Counted from the stretch's first letter, positions 52,684-64,000 are shown. The stretch is DNA of 64,000 nt from Camelus ferus (GCF_009834535.1 NC_045697.1:49106001-49170000), one strand, 5' to 3'. A program made the numbers and translations. Notes: a model not told the origin generated them from the letters alone.

Positions 52684-54249
52684 GCACTAATATTTTAGTG
52701 GGTATCTTCGCAGCCACCTTTCCGTGGGTGAGTTTTACTTTTACACGGTTATCCTGGATATACTGGTGCATGTACATACATGTGTATTCTAGTCACTTAG
52801 TGTTACATCATAGGTATTTTCCCGTGTATGTCTGGTCTTTCTACAAATACATGTTTGTGACGATAATATTCAATAGATAGAGGGACTACATTATTACACT
52901 TTCCTTAACCACCCCCTTCCTGGACGTGCAGGTCAGTTCTTGTTCCTTCCTTTGATCACCATGTGGACTGAGTGTTCTCCTCATGTTTGCTGACAGATTG
53001 TGTTTCCACATTCTTAGCTTTTATCCTTTGCCAATTTGCCCATCTGGGTTCTGGTGTGTTCATGCCACTTGGTAAACTTTTTTATATATTAATGAGGTTA
53101 ACCCTTTGCCACAGTTGTGGCACCTGTTTCTCTATTGTTTGTCTTTTTAATTTTTAAAATTTATATATAATCAAATCCATTCTTTTATGAATTTTTCTAT
53201 CATTTCTGAGCTTAAAAAGTCCTACTTCCTTCAAAGGTTTGATATCCAAGTCTATTTTCTTGTAGTTCAATTTGTTTTTACGTTTAATTTTTTATAGATC
53301 TGATTGTCTCCTTGCAATTTAGCCAAGGTAGGAACTTTGTTTAAACTTTAAAATCCTGTCCCATTATCCCTTTGGGCCTTTACTCAACTCTGAGCCAAGT
53401 GGTATCATTTTTTTTTTTTAACCAAAAAGAAGATAGAAAAATTTTAAATGCAGTAGTTATTTTTACCATTATTGTAAGAGAATGCTTATCTTTTTCCCTG
53501 AACCTGAATCAGTCTTTCTGACATGACCTTTTTTCTCAAAATAAAAACAGCTTTAGATAATATTAGTTTTTAAAAAAATCAGAAGTAAAAAAAAAAAAAT
53601 AGAAAAAGATCACCTTCTTGCCCTGTGCAAGAAAGTGGTGACCCGGTGGGTTTTAAATGCACATGGTGATCCTGGGTGACTCGCCTGTGAGGGCCAGTGG
53701 GGTCAGGGTCCTGCTTTGAGGACAGGGGACCATTTCCAGCTTCAGGAGTGAAGTTGTTTCTTGCACACCCCCAACAAACGTGGGCCATGCTTCCCCTGTG
53801 CTTTTTCTCAGAGTCCTCCTTTGGGCTGTCAGTTTTCCGTCTTTCACCTAGTTGACAAGGCAGTGGTGATGGAAAGTTAAAGGCAGGTGTGCTCAGACCC
53901 CCGCCTTTGGCCCTCTTCCCTCGCTCTGCCCTCTCTTCCTGGTCCTCTTGTCTCATGCACCCTGTGACTTCACTTCTCCATTGGCTTGTCTGTTCAGCAC
54001 AGTCTTGCCCTGAGCTGCAGGCTGCTCTTTCTAAACCACCTCTGCCATGAGCCATCTTCTGTCCAAACAGTTTTCTCACTCTCTACTTAGGAAACACATC
54101 CTGTGCTGTCGTGTGCTGCTGCCTGCCTGGCTCTCTCTCTGCCTGCCTGGAAGCCCCTCCACTCTCCCACCCCTGGGAAGCTTACTCCTTCCAGAACCAA
54201 GTGTGCTCCTGCCCAGTGATGCCCACCCTAGCTGCCTTCCCTCCCACTA

Positions 54250-54773
54250 TGTGAATGAAAAATACTGCATGCCATTTCAGTAAACAAAGGATGCTGTGGC
54301 TATCAAGTCATCAGCTGCTACCACTGCCCCCACCGCCACCCCACCCCCAACAGTGAGCTGGAGGGAACTCAGGATGGAGACAAGCAGGCAGCCTGTCCTC
54401 TGCTACCACCCCCAGCAGTGCACCGAGGAAACTCAGGATGGGAAAGAACAGGATACTGGCCCTAGATAGCTAGGTGCATATGAAAGGAATGATTTCAGTG
54501 AGCCCAGAGCCTTGTACTTTCCCATACATAGAAAAATGCTAGATTCCTTAACTTGAGATACCTGATTTTCTTTAATTAACAGTAATCTTTTGATGTTCTG
54601 ACTACCTGATCTTTGTTGTCAAAACTACTGTGTATTCTGGCTCCTCCCTCACCTCTTCAGAGCATTCCTTTAGAGCTATCTGAGAGGCGGTCTCTCGGGC
54701 TTAAGTCCTCAGAAATATCCACAGAATAAAACATATTCTCAACTTTTAGATTGTTTATTTTTTTCAGTTGACA
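54250..54773 (+). mobile_element. Solo LTR related to the LTRs of the 44710-50326 provirus, opposite orientation
   Basis: TG...CA ends (tgtgaatg...gttgaca); the reverse complement shares motifs with those LTRs (ccctagatagcta, ttcccatacatagaaaa, ctggctcctccct, agagctatctgaga, agtcctcag); AATAAA at 54725-54730. Confidence 0.85.
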
Positions 54774-57700
54774 CTTAGCAATGTGGAGCCAGATTCAGAG
54801 CTCTTTCTGTGTGTGAGGCTGCCATTTAAATGGCAGCTTGCTGTGCTCTGCCATGTATTCTTTGAGGACAGGGACCAGGTCTTAGCACCTCGCCATATGG
54901 AGAACTTAGCACAAGCCCCCTTCCGCATGATATTAGCAGCTGCTGTTTCCTAAAGCACTTAGTATGTGCCAGGTAATTTTCTAACTGGATGACAAGCTTA
55001 TGTGGGTTTAATTCTTACAGCAACCCTACAAGGAAGGGAACACTATTATCTCTGTTTTACAGATGAGGAAACTGGGGCACAGAAGCTACTAATGATGAAG
55101 CCAGGGTTGAATGCAAAGCCTGGCTGTCAGATCTCAACCCACACTCTACCCACTGTGCTCCATCAGTTCTTACAGGAATCCTCAACAGAGAGTGCTGGGT
55201 GAAAAGAGAACAGAGATGACTTGGAAGATAGGATTATATGGTGGTATTGAATGTATCAAATTTATCCAGCACCTCTGAGGAATTCGATATTGCAGAGATG
55301 TTAGTTTTCCAGCTGATTAAAATGATTTCTTTTGGTTTCCTTATCTTGGGTGTATTGTTTGCCTTCTGTGATGGTGAGATTTTTTTTTTTCTAAATGTTC
55401 AGAAGTTTAAAAATTCTTTTTTGTTTTAAAAAGTAAGAATTCTTTAAAAAAAAAAGGTCTAAAATGAAATATCTCTAAAATCAATATGTATTTCCCTGCC
55501 AGATTAAATAGTTCATGGGGTATAACTCAACCTTTTCTTAGTGACTATGGCCGTCATTGTGATTAACAAATAGTAAACAGTAGCCTGAGCCTCTGATGAC
55601 CTGGGCCCTTTGACATCAGGAGGACTTATTAGCATCTACTAAGTACCAGGGACAATACCAGGCACCTTCAAGTATGGTTCCTTAATTAATTGTCAAGGCC
55701 TACAATTTTGCTTTGCCTTTTTGTTTTTGCATTCGGTTTCTATTTCTCGAAGCTTCCTTCGTCTTCTCCAATACCACAGAGCAGTAATCCATCACTTCTT
55801 GCTCTCAGTCTGCTGTTCACCAGGAAAGCGCCCCGCTTCTAGTTGACTACTGTTGATTAGCGGTCGGGGAGATATGTGTAACTAGACTTGTTGGTTTTAT
55901 TACTAAAACGTCTTCTCCTTTTGCTGTAGCCTCCCTAGGGTCATTGCCAGAGGGACAGGAGTGCTTGGAAGGGGAAGCATTTGGGGCTTCCTCTGACTGT
56001 CACATTTTGCTTTGAGACAGAGGTCCCTCGCCATCCTTCCTTTTGGTTTTCCTGGCCTCTGCAGAGCTGGAGCCACTCCTAACAGTCCGGTGACACTGAT
56101 CTCCTTCAATTAGATTGCTCAGCAAATGCTGTGTGTCGGTCATGCCTGAGGGCGGCTGGTGGCTTGGGGGAAGTCACGTGGTTAAGCTGCAAGTGACCTG
56201 CCGTGGACCCTTCGTGTCTGTCAAGGGAATTAAATATTTTTGTGGTTTGGGAACACTTGGCTTTGACCTGTTGAAGTTTATTTTGAAACCAAGGCAACAT
56301 ACAAGGCTGAAAGCAACTGGAGCCTCCATGCTCAATTTCCCTTTAAAGCATCAGGTTCTTACAGGGTAAGCGATAAAGAAAATATTTAAAAAGTCATCTT
56401 CAGAGTCAGTAAACATGCATAGACATAAATGGCTCTAGATTTGGAATTATACAGGTTTCTAGGTGTATGACCTAAGGCTCACTTAAAAAAAAGAAAAAGC
56501 ATTGGTAAGGTCATTGATTTTTGTCATGAGCTAGAACTCTTGGCTGCATTGATCCCTGGTTTCTGGACCTATGTTGAACCTTACCTCTTGGCTGCCTGGC
56601 CTGACTTTCTCTGAGTGCAAACTGGTGTTCATGCTGGGGGCGCTTCTTCTAGTTCCTTGGTGGTCAGCTGGGCCAAGGTCCTCGGTCCTGATTATACACA
56701 GCTCGACCTGGAAAAGTCTGTCCTGGTCACTGCTGGGAGGCTCTGGAACTAGAGTCGGGGGCGGGACACCCCTCTCTGCAGGCACCAGGCTTGGCTGAGG
56801 CAGGGATTTGCCTTAAAAATTTCTTCCTCTCCTTCAGCTTCTAACAAAGCCCTTTACATTCCCGTAGGTGTAGACTCAAGAAAAACCTAGGACATGAAGT
56901 CAGGTGACCAAGATTCTAAACCTAGTTGTGAGCCTTCCTAGTTAGTCCTGGGCTGTTTCCTTTAGCTGGATCTCTGTTTTCTCATGGGTTATGATTTCTC
57001 TATGAGGGATTTTTGGTTGCAAGCAAGAGAAACTACCTCTGGCTGATTTAAGTAAAAAGAGTGTGTATTAGAAGGCTATAAAGTGGGTTACAGATGCCAA
57101 AGAGTGCTTGGAAGAAAGGGGCCGGGGCTGGGGCAGCTTTATGGATGCAAGTCGCAGGAGCCCACGGCTCCTCGTCTGTGTGTCCTGGAAGGAAGCTTCT
57201 GTCTACTGTGTTTTCCATCTTGAGGTTCTGTGCTCAGAATTCAGGGTCTGAGGGAAAGGAACTGCGTCCCACACCACTGCCCGGTGCAGGAGAGGAAAGG
57301 AAGTGAGGCTCCTGACCAGCAGAAAGGGGAGAGTGTCCAACAACCAAATGGCCACTGCAAACGTCCCAAACTGCAAACCGCACAAGGGTTTTGACACGAC
57401 ACACTTTGTCAGATTTTGTCCATGTTCCTCGTGAACTGGAAGGGCATGGATTTTTTTTCTCTCTTATAATTAGATTAAGCATTTGTTAGAGGCATTCATT
57501 GGTTTCATCCTACTAACATCTATTAAATGCCTATTAGACAATTCTTCTTTCTTGTTTTGAAATTAGGAAAGACCATATGATACAGAGGAGAGAGTTCTAA
57601 GCAAGAGTTAGGAGACTTGGGCTTAAGTTCTGACTCTTCCACTGGCCTGTGTCCCCATCTGTAAGACTGGGGTGAAAATACTCGCTCTGTCTGTGCCACA

Positions 57701-58150
57701 GGCTTGTTGTGAGGATTAAATGAAATCAAAGGACCTAGTGTAGTTAACCTCTTTGGAGAGCTGTAAAGTGTCAGATATTTATATTCCTGTGCATAAGCTT
57801 GGTGCTTAGCACTAGAGAAGAACCACCTGCTTTTATACATCTATAGATATGCATTTGTTTGTTTGCTAGTGTGTTTTCATTTTAAAATCTAGAAAAGATT
57901 TAAGAGGCATGCACATTTCTTAAGCTTGCTTGCAATCTCCCTGAGGCTTCAGGATAATTCCCTCATAGTCTAAAGAATGTCACTAAGCAGTTTATAACTG
58001 AGTGCCAGAGACGTGGTACAGACAGCAGGCTCCACAGGTGTTCGGGGGTGAGAAATGCCACTTGTGGCTGTGGTTGGCCTTCAGAGGAGGTGGTGGGTAG
58101 TCCCATCACCTGATGCCTTCGTACCTGTGTCAGAATTGTAAACTCTAGAT

Positions 58151-58958
58151 TAGTGTTGTCTAATGGAAACATAATGTGAATCACATGTCATTTCAGATTT
58201 TTCTAGTAGCCACATTTAAAAAAGTTTTTTTTAAAAAGGTGCAATTAGTTTTATTAATATATTTTTATTTTACTCATTCTATCTAAAAATGGTAGCATAT
58301 TTAAATAGATAAAAAAGATATATATGGTGTGTGTGTGTGTGTGTGTGTGTATAAACAATGGAATACTAAGCCATAAAAAAGGACATTTTGCCATTTGCAG
58401 CAACATAGATGGATTTGGAGGGCATTGTTCTAAGTGAAATAAGTCAGAGAGAGAAAGGCAAATACTATATGATATCTCTTATATGTGGAATTTAAAAAAT
58501 ACAACAAACTAAGAAAGTAGCAGGCTCATAGATACACAGAACAAACTAGTGGTTCCAGTGGGGAGAGGGAAGTGGGGAGAGGCAATATAGGGGTAGGGGG
58601 GTAAGAGGTATGAACTATTAAATATAAAATAAGCTACAAGGACATATTGTACAACATGGGGAATATAGCCAACATTTTATAATAACTATAAATGGAGTAT
58701 GACCTTTAAAAATTGTGAATCGCTATATTTTACCCCTGTAACTTATATATTGTACATCAACTATACTTCAATTAAAAATAAAATAAAATAGTATCATTTC
58801 AACGTGTAATTGATATAAAAAGATAAGAAGATATTTACTTTTTTTTGATACTGTTTTTGAAATCTGGTGTGTATTTTACCCTCACAACACATCTCAATTC
58901 TGACTAGCCGCAGTTCAAGGTTTCTGTACACACAGGGCTGCCAGGTGAGACAGCACAG
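58151..58958. mobile_element. MER33-like element interrupted by an L1 3' end (+, about 58299-58784, includes a (TG)n tract at 58328-58350)
   Basis: 8-bp TSD ctctagat (58143-58150) / ccctagat (58959-58966); the L1 is flanked by aaaatggtagcat / aaaatagtatcat. Confidence 0.8.
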
Positions 58959-59051
58959 CCCTAGATGGAACAGGAAGAACAGGTAACAGGAGAGGGAGAG
59001 AAGGAATAGACATGGGAATTTAGTGACCATCTGCTATGGACCAGGCAGGGT

Positions 59052-59265
59052 CAGGGCTGGTGTGAGGTGTTCGATGAACAAAAAAACCAAAATGTTTTTG
59101 TATAAAATTTTGATATTCTGTTCATCATGAATTTTTTGCATTAATTTTGATTTCTTAAAAATTGCATTAAAATATTACTTATTTTAATTACTCAGTGTTT
59201 AGGCATCTCTTACATTTTACACCCAAGGCAAATGCCTCACTTCCCTCACCCTAGTCCCAGCCCTA
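59052..59265. mobile_element. MER96B-like hAT element
   Basis: Terminal-repeat-like cagggctggtgtgagg ... cctcaccctagtcccagccct; internal ttttgcattaattttgattt..gcattaaaatatt. Confidence 0.6.
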
Positions 59266-59349
59266 GCTCCAGGCACTTCCTGCCAGTTTTGCTAATACCT
59301 CATTAGGGGCACTGAACCAGGTTGAACTGGATATCAAAAACAGGAGTGA

Positions 59350-59902
59350 GTGTTCACAGCAGCACTGTTGACAATAGCCAAGACATGGAAGCAACCTAAA
59401 TGTCCATCAACAGATGACTGGACAAAGAAGTTGTGGTATATATAACACAATTCTACTCAGCCATAAAAAAGAATGAAATAATGCCATTTGCAGCAACATG
59501 GATGGACTTAGAGATGATCATATAAGTCAAACAGAGAAAGACAAATATCATATGATATTACTTACATGTGGAACCTAAAAAATATACAATTGGACTTACC
59601 TGCAAAACAGAAAGAGACTCACAGACATAGAAAACAAACTTATGATTACCAAAGGGGACAGAGAGGGGGGAGGGACAAATTAGGAGTTTGGGATTAGCAG
59701 ATACAAACTACTATAGGTCAAATAGATAAACAACAAGGTCCTACTGTATAGCACAGGGAACTATATTTCAGTATCCTATAATAAACCATAATGCAAAAGA
59801 ATATGAAAAAGAATATATATATGTAAAACTGAATCACTTTGCTGTATGCCAGAAACTAACACAACATTGTAAACCAACTATCCTCCAATAAAAGATTAAA
59901 AG
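59350..59902 (+). mobile_element. L1 3' end
   Basis: gtgttcacagcagcac...caatagccaagacatggaagcaacctaaatgtcc...tail; flanks aaaaacaggagtga / aaaaaagagtga. Confidence 0.9.
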
Positions 59903-60173
59903 AAAAAAGAGTGAACTCCTCTAATTTACTACTAGGTCTTGGGCATTCATTTTGTTAAATGAATTTTCAACTGAATTCACATTTGAAAAAAAAAAAAGAC
60001 ATTGGTAAACACACTGAATTCAAACTGAATCTATGAACTGAAACATTTGAAAATATTTCAGGACCAAACCGTAGCCCAAGAGAGAATTCATTTGTTTTGA
60101 TTCCCTGGTCAAGGTGACTCTTGACCATTGCATTTCCCAAATTATGGGGGAAAGAATGCAAACAACAGTGTTT

Positions 60174-60410
60174 GTTTTTTTTTTCAATTGAAGTAGAGTC
60201 AGTTTACAATGCTGTGTCAATTTCTGGTGTACAGCATAATGTTTCAATCATACATACCTGTGTTTTTAAATGAGACATACATACTATATTCATTTTCATC
60301 ATATGTTACTACAGATATTGTATGTTGTTCCCTGTGCTATACAATGTAAACTTCTTTATCTCTTTTATATATAGTAGTCAGTTGCTGCAAATTTTGAACT
60401 TCCAATTTTA
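60174..60410 (-). mobile_element. L1 3' tail
   Basis: TSD caaacaacagtgttt (60159-60173) / caaacgacagttttt (60411-60425); gtcagtttacaatgctgtgtcaatttctggtgtacag. Confidence 0.85.
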
Positions 60411-60621
60411 CAAACGACAGTTTTTTGACTCTAAGGGCTTATTTCCTTCCTGCATTATGGCTTAAATCTCCAGGATTTAAGGGGTTAGTATCTGCAGTCT
60501 CTCTGCATAAGGGTTATATTGGGAGTGTTATACTGAAAATAACTTTGATGCTAAAAAAGGAAAAGTATTACTTAGTAAAATGGTGCCTATTTTCAAAAAA
60601 AAAAAAATCCTTTTCTTTTAG

Positions 60622-60769
60622 GGAACTCAGGAACAAAGCAGATATTCAATTTGGAGATAATGGAACAACAATATCTGCTGTTAGCAACAAGGCCTATGTT
60701 TTTGAACGAGCCAAGTCTGTTGGAGACCCTAAAATTGACTTACTTAGAACATTAAATATTCCTGCATTG
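60622..60769 (+). CDS. SCARB2: SCARB2 coding exon 3 (148 nt; R-ELRNKADIQFGDNGTTISAVSNKAYVFERAKSVGDPKIDLLRTLNIPAL)
   Basis: Acceptor ccttttcttttag (AG 60620-60621); the first G completes the split Arg codon from exon 2; NGT sequon; donor TTG|GTAAGT at 60770. Contained in ORF 60425..60799. Confidence 0.97.
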
Positions 60770-61795
60770 GTAAGTAGGCACGTTAAGTCTCATTATTAGA
60801 AGAAAGGAAAAAGATAAGGCCATTATAGTTTTACTTTTAGACACTATTAAGTTATATAAAAATATATATTAAAATTATATATGTATTATTTCCCCTCCCC
60901 TTCTTTAAAGTTCATCTTTAACTTTTCTTGAAGTCTTTCAATGTGGTCTTTTCAGATGATGACAAAACACAAATTTTAGAGTTTTTTTCACAGTTTCTTC
61001 CTATGTGTTCAGGATTAGCACTTGAGCAAATAATTTTGTCTCTAGGATTTTGGAGGGTGGCTGATAATTTAAAAAATATTTGCCCCTTGTTTTGATTCAG
61101 AAACACTAGCAATGGAGTTTATCTCCCACTTCTTAATTTAGCTTTCTATCTTGGGTTTTTTTTAATTCTCAAACTACATATTGAATTTCTTCCTCCTTTC
61201 CAAATAGCAGAGACTGACTGGGCTGTTGATTACAGCCTAGCATGATTTCACTGAACTCTGTTTATAATGGCATTTCCAGCTAATAAAAATACACGAGACC
61301 CAGAAAACTTCTACTCATCTGCACCAGTCCCCTCTGAGGCCACCACTCTAACTCCTAGGTGACCACTACATATGCAGCAGGGCACTTACAGTGGACCCAA
61401 GACCTAGAAAATATTAGATCCCAGATCTGGCCCTGCCCAGCTGCCTAGTGGAGCAGTTTCTGAGGGCCCAGCCTCTGGCCCTGATCAGGGGGAAGATTCC
61501 GCCACCTTGTGGCGAAAGATGCCAAGGTATTTGCAATAGTTTTTCCCTTCAGCAGTGTCAGGAAAACGAGTTGCAAGTGAGGATGCTAAGGTCACGCTTA
61601 CAAAATGTAATACTGAGAAAGAACAATATCTGAAGAGTCTTATTTTTCACACACAGCTAGAAACGAGCTCACTGGCTGATTTTTCAGCTATTTGATCTCA
61701 GTATTTGCATTTAAGTTTGCATCCCCCCTTTGCTGAAGAGGCAGTGGGAGAGTGGGGTGGGGTCGCTGCTGTCTGAATTTGCCTGTGCTCCACAG

Positions 61796-61984
61796 ACGGC
61801 CATGGAATGGGCCCGGCTCCCGCTCCTCCGCGAGGTCATCGAAGCCTTGTTGAAGGCCTATCAGCAGAAGCTCTTTGTGACGCGCACGGTCCATGAATTG
61901 CTCTGGGGCTACAAAGATGAGATCTTATCCCTCATCAACGTTTTCAAACCTGATATCTCTCCCTATTTTGGCCTGTTCTATGGG
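61796..61984 (+). CDS. SCARB2: SCARB2 coding exon 4 (189 nt; aa 142-204, apical helical ligand-binding region)
   Basis: Acceptor gcctgtgctccacag (AG 61794-61795); translates TAMEWARLPLLREVIEALLKAYQQKLFVTRTVHELLWGYKDEILSLINVFKPDISPYFGLFYG with the ELLWGY.D family motif; donor GGG|GTAAGT at 61985. Confidence 0.97.
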
Positions 61985-64000
61985 GTAAGTTGATTTTTCT
62001 TTTCAGAGATTCTTTGTTCAGCTGAGGTGGGGGAGAACCCCAAGCCAGATTTTAGTTTCACTTTGAGTTTCTTCTAGGAAAAGACCAAAATTGCCTGGAA
62101 TTCTAGACGTCTGGTAGAGTACGTGAAAAATAAGAAAGTATTTCAGTAGGGGGGAAAACCTTCTCCCACAATTTCAACATGCTACCAGCACTGACTTTGA
62201 TTGAGTGTAGCTATGAAAAAATACAAACTGGCTGTGTCATTACTCGGGTGCAGTGTTTCAAAGTATCATAAATTTCAGTGGTCAATGCCAGGTCTTATTT
62301 TGATGACTATGGATCAGCCAGGCAGAGGCAAATAAGAAACTAAACAGGGATGTGGTAGTCTATTATGGATGGGAGCTAAGTGTTAGATTTGAGACATCTC
62401 ATACTGAAAGAAGCTGGATAATTTGAAACTCTGTGCATCGCTCATGTATGATTTCTTATAAGTGGAATTTTGTATCATTCCTGCCTGATTTTATTTACTT
62501 TGGTTTGAAACCAAAAATATCAGCATTCAGGTAATTATTCAAAATATATGTTATTGCTGCCTGAATATCAGATGAATTAAAAGTAATTAAAAAAAACTAT
62601 ACCCCCCCACAAAAAAAAACTTGAGTAAAATGAATAATTGGTAGTTCGGTAAATGACAAACTTAAACTCAGAAAGTGAGGATAGATTCGGGGCAGGATAT
62701 GGAATTGTGATGTGTTTCCTCATCTTTATATTTGTTGTTATTCTCTGGCTCTAACTACTCAAGAATCTTACCCTCACCACATAAGCTCTTAGCATTTCAG
62801 TTCCTAAATGGCAAATGGTGATAATACTGCCCCTGTACCTTCAAGAATATACAAAACTTAGAAACCATCAAATAAAATGGTAAACAACTTTTAATATTAT
62901 CTTCACAAGAGGTGCAAAGACTTAGCATCAGAGGGCCTAGATTTGTGTTCTGACTTTTTCATTTAATAGCTATGTGACTTTTCTAACCTCACTTTCATTT
63001 GTCACTTGAGACTTAAAATATCCACACTTCAAACGTTGTTTTGACCGGCTGAGAGAGTCCACAAATGTACTTTGCAAACTATAAATTGTAACACACATTC
63101 CAGGAACCATTATTCGTTTTCCCCTCCATAAATTGCTCAAAAAATGACCCTGAATTAATGTGAATAACTGGTATGTGTTTCCATTTTGTAGTCCAATAAA
63201 CTCTCTGTAGTGTTGTTGGCAAAAGGCAAAGGTGTTTTTGGTTTGGTTTTTCATCTGCTCTGGCCAAATCCTATCTATAGCCCGCAGCCCAGAAGTTCAC
63301 ACTTATCCTGTCATTCACTCAAACTGGGACAGGCTGTGGGGTTTTGCGCCTTCACTGGCATCACCTGCTCTGCACCTGCCTGAGCCGTGCCTCCAATCTT
63401 TCCTTAATCCTAGTGGCATTCTGCCACATTCCCCTCTGATTCCGTGTGTGCCTGTTCCACCTGCTCCACTGCACGTTGTGATGAAAAAAGAAAACCTTAG
63501 TTAATGCCATCAAACACTTTCCTTCAAAGACTTTAATGATGAAACAGCCAAACAATTAATGGGGCGGGACAGGATGTGAGAGTGACTAGGATGAGGTAAT
63601 ACAGACAGTGTGTTGTCACAGAGCTCCCGGGAAAAAGGGACCTGGTTGAGTATCAGATGCTGCTATTTGCTTGTTGGAAAGTCAGTCGGCATTTCTGTAC
63701 CTGTTGATTTCAGGGGCCCTCTATTCTACTTGGCATAAGAGAGTTCAAGCACCTCCCAGTGAGTGTGGTTCTCGGATGTATATAGTTACAGTGGCTGAGA
63801 AGTATCTTTGAGGGGTCAGCCAGTGCAGCCCGTCCTGCTGGGAGAATGGATTATGCTTGTCTTATGCTACTGGTGTGACTGTTGTAGTCTTATTCTCAGG
63901 ACACTTCTCAACCTCTTGCAGTAATATATTCCTTATTTCCAACCCATGTCCCTACTGCAAGAACACGAAACCTATTTATTCCTACTTGTCTGCAAATAAC

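Noticed and set aside
60425..60621. 5' extension of the exon-3 ORF (and likewise 61730-61795 for exon 4)
   Set aside because: Intronic read-through upstream of clear splice acceptors; the translation has no LIMP-2 similarity.
1..64000. CRISPR array, operon, phage/defence system or other novel multi-gene system
   Set aside because: No regularly spaced repeat-spacer array and no long intronless ORFs; the window is explained by a spliced mammalian gene plus interspersed repeats.

Overview
Mammalian genomic DNA, most likely a camelid (camel/alpaca/llama): it carries three vic-1-type tRNA-derived SINEs, and I saw no Alu, Bov-A/Bov-tA or PRE-1 elements. The window holds the CpG-island promoter and the first four coding exons of SCARB2 (LIMP-2, CD36 family) on the + strand: 19420-19536, 41212-41369, 60622-60769 and 61796-61984. 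All splice sites are GT-AG and the exons join into an open 612-nt frame (residues 1-204); the gene continues past the window. The rest is about 19 kb of upstream DNA plus long introns filled with L1, L2, MIR, MaLR/ERV LTRs and hAT elements, many nested and with readable target-site duplications (TSDs). I found no evidence of a new biological system, CRISPR array or prokaryotic content. Points worth a second look: (i) exon 4 lacks both histidines reported as pH sensors in human LIMP-2 (H150 is P, H171 is R) and is locally CpG-rich; (ii) a TSD-flanked L1-plus-unique-sequence chimeric retroinsertion; (iii) an L1 with two separately inverted ORF2 blocks; (iv) a two-LTR ERV with a tRNA-Arg-type primer-binding site nested in a MER33; (v) CLEAR/M-box motifs in the promoter. 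Repeat subfamily names and human residues are recalled from memory and need RepeatMasker/alignment confirmation.
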